A stretch of 64,000 nt of DNA from a virus (taxonomy: Duplodnaviria > Caudoviricetes): the IMG/VR virus record IMGVR_UViG_2706795742_000001, positions 1-64,000 of that record; one strand, given 5' to 3'. The translations under genes and the position numbers were made by a program. How positions within the stretch are numbered: the first letter of the stretch is position 1; each line of letters begins with the position of its first letter. This document shows positions 28,894 to 38,110 of the stretch, in pieces. The notes beneath the pieces were generated by a model that did no database searches, was not told the DNA's origin, and saw nothing but the letters and a program-made list of their open reading frames with translations.

Positions 28894-30737
28894 GCGCACT
28901 TTCTGATCTTGCAACCGCACAGGGGATTGATCGGTACGTTGAGAAAAAGGTCAGCACTGAGCTTATTCGTCAGCGACCCGCTCCGCGATACGCAACTGTT
29001 GTCGGTATTGATACCGATAGCAAAATTGCAGAAGTTTCATTCGTTGGGGAAGACTCTGTAGTCAAGGTTCCATATACCAATATCGCGCCTAGTGAGATTG
29101 GTCAGGAGGTACGAATTGAGGGGATTCCTGGTGACAGGTATATTACCGCAATTCGTGGACTGTCTGCCGATGAGAATAAGATTCTCGATCTTGGTGAAAA
29201 TCTTGAACTGACAAAGAATGACATTGCCGCAGCGCTTCAAGGCGATTATGCTGGTGATGATCCAATTCTGGGTCAAATCAAGGATTGGGCAGAGGGGATT
29301 CTTGGCGGTGGAGTTGGTGAATTTATTGGTTCAATTTTCACTGGCGGCGGACTGTTTAATCTCGGTCAGCTTACCAACAAGCCGATTAACCTGATTAGCT
29401 ACACTGGTGAATTTGATCTTTCAAATACCGTCAAGACTGGCGAAGGTTGGTCTTGGGACGAAAATGAAGGTCACACAAATCCGGGCTCAGCTAAATTCAC
29501 CGCGTCAGAAGCAGTTGGCGGCGTTCTTACTCCGCCGCGACCTGCTCGTGTTGAGCCAGGCAAAACTTATCCGGTAGAGGCTTTCTTGAAGTGGCAAGAT
29601 ATTGTAGCCACTGGTGAGGCATTCTCTATTGATATTACCTGGTACCGTCGTGACAGAACTCAAATTAGCACCACGGTTGCCGCAAGCATTTCTGATCCGG
29701 CTAGCTCGGCTGATTGGTATAAGCTAACTGGCAATGTGATTGCACCGGAAGACGCATTTTGGGCCGCGGTATTCTTTCGGGTTGGCCCGTTAGTTACTGC
29801 TGGTTATGTCTGGTTTGACGACGTTGGTATTTTTGCCAATCAGGCCAGCTTGCCTCAGATTCTTATTGCTAACCTTCCGGAAGATTTGCAGAATCTTTTT
29901 GGCTGGCTAGAGGCTCTGGTTAACCAGCTACTAGGCGCTTTGAGTATTCCCGCACTTGGCACGCTGTTTGATAAAATAGCCGACTTGTCGGATGAGATTG
30001 AATCATGGTTCGGTAATACTGAATCACTTGCTGGCGATTTCTTTGACCTGGTTAATAATCTCATCAGTAACCCGGTTGCAGTTCTTGGTGCAATTCCGCA
30101 GACTCTGGTTACCGGGCTTCCCTCGGCGCTGACTGATTTTCTTTCGATGTTCGGCCAGTTCTCTGATATTTCTCAGGGAATTCCCACAATTCCAATTAAC
30201 AGCCTTGTTCAGGGCTTCAAGGATGGATGGGGAAACCGCGACTCTGAGATTGCTGATCTGCAAGATAAAACGCAGGCGCTCGAAGGCGTTAAGGGTTACC
30301 GGGCGACATATATGCCCATCGGCTCCGGAACTACCCCAGTTGGAAACTGGAAATGGCTAGGCTTCACCGCGACAGTAGGACCGTCTGTGGGTACTACTGT
30401 CACCTCAGAGGGAATGATCGTACTTCACTCGAAAGGTCTCTGGCGTGCTGATACGCAGGTCTACTTTTCCTGGGAAGCCGTGCTTGATGTTATCGAGGTT
30501 GAAATCGTTGTGTTTGACGAATTCGGCGTGGCATTTGGAAAGCGCTCCCTTAAGCTAAAGACTGGTACTGGTACTAATTCTCAATACACAGCGACTTGTA
30601 ATTATACATTTGTCGTGCCACGTCCAGGATTTGGTGTGCGAGTTCAAGCTAGAACTGACGCGCTTGGTCGAGAAATTCTTACCGGATTGCAGTACACTTC
30701 GTTTACTGTAAACAAGTGGTCTAGCGAAACGGAATGA
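28890..30737 (+). CDS. Minor tail protein with carbohydrate-binding-like module
   Basis: N-terminal OB-like spike segment; central CBM-like W-rich sandwich ending VWFDDV. Confidence 0.65.
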   Translation: MSALSDLATAQGIDRYVEKKVSTELIRQRPAPRYATVVGIDTDSKIAEVSFVGEDSVVKVPYTNIAPSEIGQEVRIEGIPGDRYITAIRGLSADENKILDLGENLELTKNDIAAALQGDYAGDDPILGQIKDWAEGILGGGVGEFIGSIFTGGGLFNLGQLTNKPINLISYTGEFDLSNTVKTGEGWSWDENEGHTNPGSAKFTASEAVGGVLTPPRPARVEPGKTYPVEAFLKWQDIVATGEAFSIDITWYRRDRTQISTTVAASISDPASSADWYKLTGNVIAPEDAFWAAVFFRVGPLVTAGYVWFDDVGIFANQASLPQILIANLPEDLQNLFGWLEALVNQLLGALSIPALGTLFDKIADLSDEIESWFGNTESLAGDFFDLVNNLISNPVAVLGAIPQTLVTGLPSALTDFLSMFGQFSDISQGIPTIPINSLVQGFKDGWGNRDSEIADLQDKTQALEGVKGYRATYMPIGSGTTPVGNWKWLGFTATVGPSVGTTVTSEGMIVLHSKGLWRADTQVYFSWEAVLDVIEVEIVVFDEFGVAFGKRSLKLKTGTGTNSQYTATCNYTFVVPRPGFGVRVQARTDALGREILTGLQYTSFTVNKWSSETE

Positions 30738-30740
30738 GTC

Positions 30741-31778
30741 ATGGCATTTTGGGACGAAGTATCTGAGGGGGAATGGGGTCCTAATCCCATATTTCCAAAG
30801 AGTCAGGGAACATGGATTCCTGCAAGTCTATTTACTATGGCTCAAAATCTGAATATCGACCCTGTAGTTACGCTGACAATGATTGCCAATATTGCAAATG
30901 ATCTAGATATTGAAGTGACTCCGCAAACGGATATTATTTCAATTCTAATGATCGGCGCAGAAAGGCAGGCAAGCCTTGTAGCTGATTCCAGCATTAATGT
31001 GATACTGGGGCTGCATGTTCATGCAGAATGGCTTATTGAGTCCGCTGTAGATATTTCCAGGCGCGACAATCTCACTGTGGAGCTTATGGCTAGTATTTCC
31101 GGAAATACTGATATCGCATTACTTCAAAAGCTCGCTGTAGAGCAGGGGCTATTGCAGATCACTGAGACTGGAATTAATTACGTCGGTCCGCAGACAATGG
31201 GAACCGAGACAAGCGTAAATGCTGTTACTGGAATGATTTCCATATCAGCACTGGCACCGAGCTTGGCGGCTACAATTGATCCGGTATCGGCATTTCAGTA
31301 TATTGGTTCATTGCAGCTTGCATTAAATGCTACAGCTGCAATGAACACGGAACTTGAAATGATTCCTGGTCAGCCGGTTTATGGAATCATTAAGACAAAT
31401 ACTACTACTGGTTCTGGAACTTCATATAACACGCTGACTGGAATGGTTGCGGATTCAAACTATCCGTTTACTCAGATTTCCGCTGGTGCTGCATTGGAAA
31501 TTCCGTCTGGTGTTTCACCTTATGTTGCATATGTCAGAGCAGAGGTTCCGCATACGGGCGGCACGGCACCGCGATATGGTCAGACTCGAATTATGAGAAA
31601 TGGATCAGAAGCGGCTACCGGATCGCAGCAAACAGCCAGCCCCGGAACGTCTAGTGCCGAATGGATTGGAACAGTTTCCGCAGGAGACTACTTCGTTATT
31701 CATTGGCGCGGAGAGGGAAACTTCTTCAATAGACCAGTTGCACAGCCTGGTGCATTTCTCAGAGTTCATCCGTACTAG
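30741..31778 (+). CDS. Minor tail protein
   Basis: 345 aa in tail cluster; beta-sandwich-like C-terminus. Confidence 0.6.
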   Translation: MAFWDEVSEGEWGPNPIFPKSQGTWIPASLFTMAQNLNIDPVVTLTMIANIANDLDIEVTPQTDIISILMIGAERQASLVADSSINVILGLHVHAEWLIESAVDISRRDNLTVELMASISGNTDIALLQKLAVEQGLLQITETGINYVGPQTMGTETSVNAVTGMISISALAPSLAATIDPVSAFQYIGSLQLALNATAAMNTELEMIPGQPVYGIIKTNTTTGSGTSYNTLTGMVADSNYPFTQISAGAALEIPSGVSPYVAYVRAEVPHTGGTAPRYGQTRIMRNGSEAATGSQQTASPGTSSAEWIGTVSAGDYFVIHWRGEGNFFNRPVAQPGAFLRVHPY

Positions 31779-31799
31779 ATTTAATCAAGGAGAAATAAA

Positions 31800-32183
31800 A
31801 TGCCTGTCGGTATTTCCAATTACCTGTCCAATAAGATTCTCGATCATGTGTGCCGCAATACCGCATACACCCCACCGGCCACCGTTTACGCGCGAATTCA
31901 TACCGGGCAACCGGGCGCGGCGGGCACGTCAAATGGCAGTTCGATTACTACACGAATTGCAACCACGTTCGCCGCCGCTGCTGCTGGTCAAATTGCCATG
32001 AGCAATACGCCTGAATTCACGCTTTCCGGTAATGAAACAATTACTCATGTTTCATTCTGGGACGCTGCTACAGGCGGTAACTTTCTCTGGTCCAGCCAGG
32101 CGACTACAGCCAAGAGCGGCGGAAATGGCGACATTATCCGAATCTCTACGAATACGCTGAGTCTCGGACCAATCGCTTCGTAG
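31800..32183 (+). CDS. Minor tail protein
   Basis: AAGGAG RBS; SNYL.NKILDH...YARIHTG.PG...FWDAATGGNFL pattern common in actinophage tail genes. Confidence 0.7.
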   Translation: MPVGISNYLSNKILDHVCRNTAYTPPATVYARIHTGQPGAAGTSNGSSITTRIATTFAAAAAGQIAMSNTPEFTLSGNETITHVSFWDAATGGNFLWSSQATTAKSGGNGDIIRISTNTLSLGPIAS

Positions 32184-32194
32184 AGCCGAATATA

Positions 32195-32233
32195 GACTTA
32201 GCACCCCTTTACCTCGTGAAGGGGTGCTAAGTC
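32195..32233. terminator. Perfect 15-bp inverted repeat between tail and lysis modules
   Basis: GACTTAGCACCCCTT / AAGGGGTGCTAAGTC. Confidence 0.65.
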
Positions 32234-32259
32234 GCATGAACTAACGATAGGATGAGCGC

Positions 32260-32961
32260 ATGAGCACCGTACTCGACTCGGGGAGCTTTGTGTCTCCCGC
32301 AGCAATTAAACAGGCTGGTCACGCTGGCAGTTTCGGTTATCTGAGCACTTCTCGGCCCGGCACCAATTTCTCTGGTAAGCCGATCAAGAAGTCTTGGGTT
32401 GACGAAATGAATAAACTCGGCCTGACTGTTATTTCGTGCTGGCAGTTTGGAAAGAATGCAACTGCTGATTGGCGCAAGGGATTCATGGGCGGTGTTGCCG
32501 ACGCAAATGCAGCTCTCACCAAGCATAAAGAATTGGGCGGCGATCCCTCCGCTCCTATTTTCTTTGCCATTGATGACGATGTGACGCTTGCCACCTTCAA
32601 TGGTCCAGTTTCCGAATATCTCAAGGGTGCGGCTAGTATTCTTGGTGTAGATCGTGTCGGCGTTTATGGCAGCATTCGCGTTGTCGAATGGGCGGTCGAA
32701 GACGAGCTTATCGGAAAGACTCACGACGGGTCAGGACGTTATTACGGCTGGCAGACTAAGGCGTGGTCTCAGGGAATTTCTAAGCACGCTTGCGTATATC
32801 AGCGGATCGTGGATACCGCGTCGAATCCCGGCCCAATCGTTGGCGGTAGCCGGGTCGATGTTAACGACGTGCTCACTGACGATTATGGGCAGTGGGGATA
32901 TTCTCGTGACGGAGTTGACTGGGACGCTGTAATGCACCAATTTATGGGAACTCTCGATTAA
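32260..32961 (+). CDS. Endolysin catalytic protein 1, DUF1906/GH25-like glycoside hydrolase
   Basis: GYLS.SRP..NF.GKPI, PIFFAIDDD, GVYGS, WQTKAWS, VDVNDVL..DYGQW. Confidence 0.85.
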   Translation: MSTVLDSGSFVSPAAIKQAGHAGSFGYLSTSRPGTNFSGKPIKKSWVDEMNKLGLTVISCWQFGKNATADWRKGFMGGVADANAALTKHKELGGDPSAPIFFAIDDDVTLATFNGPVSEYLKGAASILGVDRVGVYGSIRVVEWAVEDELIGKTHDGSGRYYGWQTKAWSQGISKHACVYQRIVDTASNPGPIVGGSRVDVNDVLTDDYGQWGYSRDGVDWDAVMHQFMGTLD

Positions 32962-32971
32962 GGAGAATGCT

Positions 32972-33337
32972 ATGAAATTCATGCAATTCGTACTGGACTC
33001 GGATGGTCCAGATAAAATTGCTGAAACCGAAAAGATCGTGCGAGATAATCTTCATGCCAGCCTTGCTGCTGACGATGATCCCAGTAATGACGATCATCCG
33101 ATTTCTGTTTCGTACAAGGCGGGGGTAGATTCTCTCGGCCGATCTGGAACTTATGTAATCGGTGAGGTTGAGGCAGAGCCTGCACCTTATCCAGAAGTTT
33201 CCCGTGAGGATTGGGAAATTCCGGGCGCGGAGAAAGATAAGGTCGTTGACTACCCGGCTGTCGCGGCTGGCACTGATTATGACAGTGTCGACGATCCCGA
33301 TTACTTGGAGCATATGCTCGGAAAGGTTGTAGGATAA
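32972..33337 (+). CDS. Hypothetical acidic protein in lysis cassette
   Basis: 121 aa, AAGGAG RBS, 1-bp overlap with the amidase. Confidence 0.7.
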   Translation: MKFMQFVLDSDGPDKIAETEKIVRDNLHASLAADDDPSNDDHPISVSYKAGVDSLGRSGTYVIGEVEAEPAPYPEVSREDWEIPGAEKDKVVDYPAVAAGTDYDSVDDPDYLEHMLGKVVG

Positions 33338-33993
33338 TGGCATTCGTCAATGGCCCTCAGATGATGAGGGATATTGCAACTATGTGCAATCAGCGCTATG
33401 GCATTAATATTGTCTATGCGCCCGGTTGGGAGACTCGTGGAAATGGTCAGTCGTGGCCCGCTGGTGGTCCTAAAGGTTTTATTGACCATCACACCGCTGG
33501 TGGCAATAACATTTACCTTGACCAGAACCTTATTTCCGGGATTCCAGGACTCTCTGGCCCTCTATGTAACTTCGCGGGGCTTTACGACGGAGACCTAGCA
33601 GTGGTTGCCGCATATCCGGCTAATCATGCTGGCGCTTCCGGTGGCTGGGATACCGCACCGCTTCCCAACACCAGCATGTTTAATCGTGAGGTTCTGGGTA
33701 TTGAAATGCAGTACCGAGGCACTGAGCCCATGAGTCCTGCGCAATATCGGACCATGTGTGCAGTTAACCGTTGCGCTGCAATTGTTCTTGGCTGGAAGAA
33801 CATGAACGTCATTAAGACGCACAATGGAACTTCCATTCAGGGCAAATGGGACCCCGGTTACGCGCCCGGTAAAACCTACGACATTAACAAGATTCGTAGT
33901 GACGCAACCGCTCTTGACCCTAATGGCTCAGCTTCGGAAGACCCGAAGATTTTCGACGCAATTATGACTCAGCTTATGGGAACGAGGGACTAA
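33337..33993 (+). CDS. Endolysin catalytic protein 2, N-acetylmuramoyl-L-alanine amidase
   Basis: HHTAG, ANHAG, GIEMQ, IKTH....KWDPG zinc-amidase motifs. Confidence 0.88.
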   Translation: MAFVNGPQMMRDIATMCNQRYGINIVYAPGWETRGNGQSWPAGGPKGFIDHHTAGGNNIYLDQNLISGIPGLSGPLCNFAGLYDGDLAVVAAYPANHAGASGGWDTAPLPNTSMFNREVLGIEMQYRGTEPMSPAQYRTMCAVNRCAAIVLGWKNMNVIKTHNGTSIQGKWDPGYAPGKTYDINKIRSDATALDPNGSASEDPKIFDAIMTQLMGTRD

Positions 33994-33995
33994 GG

Positions 33996-34262
33996 GTGTC
34001 AGAGACTGGTCAAAGAGCAATTATCCGGGCAACCGGAGACGTTGCTCAGCCGAAACTCGAAGTTGCTGTATTTGACTTCGACAACAATGAGTATGTAACA
34101 GAATGGGTTTCCCTGCCTGCTTTTAAGGCAGAGCTGACTATGGAGTCTGGCTGCATTACTACAGCTAGTGCTGAAATCTTCGTAGAGAAGCTGGAAAACC
34201 TCAGTGCGGTACTTGATACCGTTACTGTGATTACACCAGAAGAAAACACCGAAGGAGAATAA
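33996..34262 (+). CDS. Hypothetical protein in lysis cassette
   Basis: 88 aa, GTG start, tightly packed. Confidence 0.6.
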   Translation: MSETGQRAIIRATGDVAQPKLEVAVFDFDNNEYVTEWVSLPAFKAELTMESGCITTASAEIFVEKLENLSAVLDTVTVITPEENTEGE

Positions 34263-34266
34263 GATC

Positions 34267-34635
34267 ATGGCAACCGCCAGTGACGTACAGGGGCAGTTTA
34301 TGGGTACCAACAGCAAGAGCAAGGCTGGCAATTTCGGGTGGGTCGGTCTCGCGCCTCAGCCCGATAATGAGGACCGGCGAATCTCGCAGTTCCGCGTGAT
34401 TCATAAGTCGGCGGGCGGCGCGGACGTTGACCGGCAGAGCGTCGTTGAGGCGCTGGGCACCCTGGTATTTGAGCAGACGCTCCGAATCAAGGCTGTTACC
34501 AGCTACGACGAGGCCAAGGCGCGCGCCGTAGACGCAAAGCGCGGCGAAACCGTACTTGGACACGCGGCGATTGCAGCGGGGATGAGTATGGAAAACAACA
34601 AGCTGCTGCGTGAAATCGTCAGCAAGATTAAGTGA
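34267..34635 (+). CDS. Stand-alone lysin A C-terminal-like (putative cell-wall-binding) protein
   Basis: QFMG......GW..L...SVVEALG..V.E pattern resembles C-terminal domains of actinophage lysin A. Confidence 0.55.
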   Translation: MATASDVQGQFMGTNSKSKAGNFGWVGLAPQPDNEDRRISQFRVIHKSAGGADVDRQSVVEALGTLVFEQTLRIKAVTSYDEAKARAVDAKRGETVLGHAAIAAGMSMENNKLLREIVSKIK

Positions 34636-34645
34636 GGAAATGTTT

Positions 34646-35092
34646 ATGACCACGAATACACCCGACACTCGGGGTCCGGTTAACATCTTCAATATCCGGT
34701 CGTTCAATGACCTGATCGCAATGCTGTATGTCATTATCCCGTTCGCGCAGGCCGCGCTAGTCGGGTACGGTGTTGCCGACCAGAATCAGGCGCTGGTTAT
34801 TGCAGGTTTTGCTGGTGCCCTGTTGCAGCTTGTGCTCACTTTTGCTCGCACACAGGAGTTTGCACGAAAGGCAATTTACACTATCCTGCTGGGCGTGAAC
34901 GCCGTTCTGGTTATTTACCGGGTTATTGATCCGGAATTCCTTAACCAGTGGCTTCCGCTTATTAACATTCTCCTTATTGGCGCACCCGCCGCGGTCGCTG
35001 TTCAGAATGTTAATACCTCCGGTGATGAGATTTATTCTCGCGCCGGTGCCGGTAGCTACCGCTACGATCCTGACAAGGGAATCACCGGATAA
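34646..35092 (+). CDS. Holin (about 4 TM segments)
   Basis: Hydrophobic helices after the lysins; GAGG RBS fits ATG 34646. Confidence 0.75.
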   Translation: MTTNTPDTRGPVNIFNIRSFNDLIAMLYVIIPFAQAALVGYGVADQNQALVIAGFAGALLQLVLTFARTQEFARKAIYTILLGVNAVLVIYRVIDPEFLNQWLPLINILLIGAPAAVAVQNVNTSGDEIYSRAGAGSYRYDPDKGITG

Positions 35093-35631
35093 TGAGCACT
35101 ACAGAGTCGTCGTACGGCATTTTGTCCCTTTGCACTGGGGTTGGTGCATTGGACATTGGCGTACGGCGTTCTCTGCAAAAGCTACAAGTTGAATCTCACC
35201 TTGTAGCTTTTGCTGAGAACGATAAGGACTGCTGCCTGGTTCTTGAGCGCCATTACCCCGAAATTCCAAACATCGGAGACTTGACACAGTTCTCTGATTG
35301 GGAGAATTTTAGGGATAGCGTTAAGATCATCACAGCCGGTTTCCCCTGTCAGCCATTTAGTCTGGCTGGGGCCAGGAAGGGTATAAGTGATGAGCGGTAT
35401 CTTTGGCCGTTTATTGAACAGGCGATTCGCGCAATTCGACCGCAGTACATTTTCCTGGAAAATGTTGCGGGCTTCCGGTCGCAGGGGTTTAGCGAAGTCA
35501 CAGCCTCTCTGGCCTCCAACGGGTATGATTTACGGTGGCACAGCGTACGAGCTTCTGATATTGGCGCGCCCCACAAGCGAGATAGAGTTTTCATCGTTGC
35601 CCGACCTGCTGCCGACTCCGGTAGCGAGTGA
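35092..35631 (+). CDS. C5 cytosine DNA methyltransferase, N-terminal subunit (motifs I-VIII)
   Basis: SLCTGVG, AGFPCQPFS, FLENV, APHKRDRVF. Confidence 0.9.
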   Translation: MSTTESSYGILSLCTGVGALDIGVRRSLQKLQVESHLVAFAENDKDCCLVLERHYPEIPNIGDLTQFSDWENFRDSVKIITAGFPCQPFSLAGARKGISDERYLWPFIEQAIRAIRPQYIFLENVAGFRSQGFSEVTASLASNGYDLRWHSVRASDIGAPHKRDRVFIVARPAADSGSE

Positions 35632-35965
35632 CGGGCGCGGCTCGCGCGGGTGGACGCCTGGTGGCACCCTTAATATCTCAAATTTTCCATTCCATTTGCT
35701 TCGTAATTGGAATGAGTACCTACCGGCGATAGAACGCTGGGAATCGGTAACGGGCATGAAGGCTCCCCATCCTCAGTATGAGGATGGAAATGGACACCGC
35801 CAAACTTCCCCTGTATTCGTTGAATGGATCATGGGAATGCAGCAAGGTTATGTCACTGAAACTGACGGAATTTCTGAGCTGGCTAAAACCAGAATACTTG
35901 GGAACAGTGTCGTTTCATCCGCAGCTACCGAGGCATATGACCGTTGCCTTGAGGATTGGATTTGA
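35387..35965 (+). CDS. C5 methyltransferase C-terminal subunit (motifs IX-X), +1 overlapping frame
   Basis: LLPTPVASD, SPVFVEWIMG, RILGNSV; AGGAAGG RBS at 35374-35380. Confidence 0.8.
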   Translation: MMSGIFGRLLNRRFAQFDRSTFSWKMLRASGRRGLAKSQPLWPPTGMIYGGTAYELLILARPTSEIEFSSLPDLLPTPVASDGRGSRGWTPGGTLNISNFPFHLLRNWNEYLPAIERWESVTGMKAPHPQYEDGNGHRQTSPVFVEWIMGMQQGYVTETDGISELAKTRILGNSVVSSAATEAYDRCLEDWI

Positions 35966-36453
35966 AGATGAAATCTGTTCTACAGCGGATCAGATTCTTT
36001 CATAAGAGAGGGGACTGGACTCCGCTGATTCCGTATCCATTTCGAGCAATCATCATGCTTGCCTGGTGCATTCTGCCAATTATTTACGGAGTTGATTATC
36101 TGCACGAAACTCCAGCCAGAGCTAATCGGCTCTCCTCTGTTGAGGATTTGATTCCTCTTTATGCGTGGGGAATGCTTATGATGGTAAATGGCGTCGCCGT
36201 AACGGCCTGTATGTTAATGCGCTGGCGACTCCGCGCCGTCATATCCCTGCACATTTTAGGCGCGCTGTGGGCGACGCTTGGCGTTGGCCTACTTTTGGAC
36301 TCTATCGAATTTTGGGGCGGTGATGGATTCAGGAGTTCTGCGCTTTTCTTTACCGTAGCAATTAATTATTGGGGGGCGGCTGCGGGGTACTACGCGCAAA
36401 AGTCATGGGTGTACCAGCCCATGCTTTTTATTAAACAGGAAGAAGGCGAGTAA
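35956..36453 (+). CDS. Membrane protein (about 4 TM), probable lysis accessory
   Basis: Hydrophobic segments; lysis cassette context. Confidence 0.65.
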   Translation: MDLKMKSVLQRIRFFHKRGDWTPLIPYPFRAIIMLAWCILPIIYGVDYLHETPARANRLSSVEDLIPLYAWGMLMMVNGVAVTACMLMRWRLRAVISLHILGALWATLGVGLLLDSIEFWGGDGFRSSALFFTVAINYWGAAAGYYAQKSWVYQPMLFIKQEEGE

Positions 36454-36455
36454 GA

Positions 36456-36854
36456 ATGGTGCCATTCCCTGCCCTAGACAATCAGTGGCTAATGGTCGGT
36501 TTCTTTTTTCTCGTACTACTTCTTCCTTATTTACTCGGGGAGAAGACGGCTAAAATGCCTATCATTGGATGGGCTGCCAGGAAATTTCAAGCGGCCCTTA
36601 GAAAGAATCAGACAACCAGAGGAACTCCGCTGACGGTGGACGATCTTCACAATTTCGTGGGAGAGGCTGTAGACGAACGAGTCGGAAAGATCAAAGAGGA
36701 AGTCGAGGTTCTGGCTGATTATATTGCTTATGACGCAACCTGGCACCGACGATTTGATATTCAGGCTGGCGAAAAAGGGTGGGTACCCGATCCGCCAAAG
36801 CACATGACTCTCACAGAATGGCTGGACCGGGAGGGGCGCTCTCTGCCTATGTAA
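36456..36854 (+). CDS. Membrane protein (1 N-terminal TM), probable lysis accessory
   Basis: LMVGFFFLVLLLPYLL segment followed by a soluble domain. Confidence 0.65.
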   Translation: MVPFPALDNQWLMVGFFFLVLLLPYLLGEKTAKMPIIGWAARKFQAALRKNQTTRGTPLTVDDLHNFVGEAVDERVGKIKEEVEVLADYIAYDATWHRRFDIQAGEKGWVPDPPKHMTLTEWLDREGRSLPM

Positions 36855-36896
36855 ACTGCATGTTTTTATTACCATCAGCTACTCAGGAGAGAGTAA

Positions 36897-37226
36897 ATGA
36901 CCTCAGCACTTGCAACAACGACCACAATTAAGAATCTTCCACTAGATGATTCCGTGGGGTTTGTTTACAGTATTCCTTGTACCACCGATGATCCTGAAAT
37001 CGTTTTCATGGCAGTTTATTCTATGCCAGATTTTAGAGGTCACACCAAGAGAACTATTTGGAATTCGAGATATAATTCCAACAACGATACTTATGAATGG
37101 TATATCCAAGATGTTCGTGAATCCGAGGTAGTACACGGGTCCAACTACCGGATATATCGTCAGCCCGATCCATTGCATGAAAAGTCTCGCGTTATGGAGC
37201 AAGCAGGAAGGTTCATTTTCACATGA
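36897..37226 (+). CDS. Hypothetical protein
   Basis: 109 aa, AGGAG RBS, 4-bp overlap with next gene. Confidence 0.65.
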   Translation: MTSALATTTTIKNLPLDDSVGFVYSIPCTTDDPEIVFMAVYSMPDFRGHTKRTIWNSRYNSNNDTYEWYIQDVRESEVVHGSNYRIYRQPDPLHEKSRVMEQAGRFIFT

Positions 37227-38008
37227 GTAAGACGCTCGTGGTCCTATGTCGAGGCATTGCCGATCCTATGGATACCGGAATGCTTCACAATTTGGATCGG
37301 TATTTGCCTCCGGACGAGTTTGAGATTATGGACCTGCCCTGGAAGGCAGAATACGGTCCTGCGCCTAATTTGTTTGGTGATCCGTTCGAGAAGAACCTTT
37401 CTGACGGCATTTCCCTTTTGAAGCGGCTATGCCTGTATGACCGGGCAGACACAGGGATTGTGGTCGTCGGCTACAGCGGCGGCGCTCAGCTCGCGGGCGA
37501 CGTGCTGCGCGACCTCGCGGCGTATAAGGCACGCGGGGCCGGTGCCGCGAACGTGCTGGGCGGCGCTCTGCTCAGCGATCCGAGCCAACCTAAAGGGATT
37601 CCCGGCGCGGGGGATAAGTTCGGCATACGGACAAGCAGGACGGTCGGAAACGCTATCCCTGTGCGGTGGTACTTCGACACCAAGGACGTTATTTGCTGCT
37701 GCACGCCGCCGCCCGACTCTCTGCTGCGGGTTTTTGCCGACGCGAGCGCGGAGTTCTCGCTAGCCGGACCAGCTGCCTGGTCCGGGAGTATTCCGCGACT
37801 GCTGGTGCGAAAATGGCAGACCTACCTGGTTCCGTGGAATAATCCGCTTAAGCTGCGAGACCAGATCAATACCGCCATTTATGAGGCAGAGGGTTACCTG
37901 TATCGTGGTGACCATACGGCATATCCCGTGCGGTATGATCCTAGCGACGGACTGCCTTACTTCGAGTCAATGGCTAATTGGATCAAGGAACTGGCTAAAA
38001 CTAAATAG
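37223..38008 (+). CDS. Lysin B-like cutinase-family serine hydrolase
   Basis: GYSGGA nucleophile elbow, LLSDP..P, DVICC, GDHTAY. Confidence 0.8.
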   Translation: MSKTLVVLCRGIADPMDTGMLHNLDRYLPPDEFEIMDLPWKAEYGPAPNLFGDPFEKNLSDGISLLKRLCLYDRADTGIVVVGYSGGAQLAGDVLRDLAAYKARGAGAANVLGGALLSDPSQPKGIPGAGDKFGIRTSRTVGNAIPVRWYFDTKDVICCCTPPPDSLLRVFADASAEFSLAGPAAWSGSIPRLLVRKWQTYLVPWNNPLKLRDQINTAIYEAEGYLYRGDHTAYPVRYDPSDGLPYFESMANWIKELAKTK

Positions 38009-38019
38009 GCCAAGATAGC

Positions 38020-38062
38020 ACAATGCCCCCGTAGGATTATCTGAATCCTACGGGGGCATTGT
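38020..38062. terminator. Bidirectional terminator at the convergent arm junction
   Basis: Perfect 19-bp IR ACAATGCCCCCGTAGGATT / AATCCTACGGGGGCATTGT. Confidence 0.8.
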
Positions 38063-38110
38063 CTTAGCTCAGTGATATTAGTGCTCAGGGGCACCAAAGG
38101 GGGAAGTTAA

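Noticed and set aside
34610-34646. Holin dual-start (Met-Phe-Met) antiholin motif
   Set aside because: First ATG is only 2 nt from the RBS and the extra residue is not basic as in lambda S107
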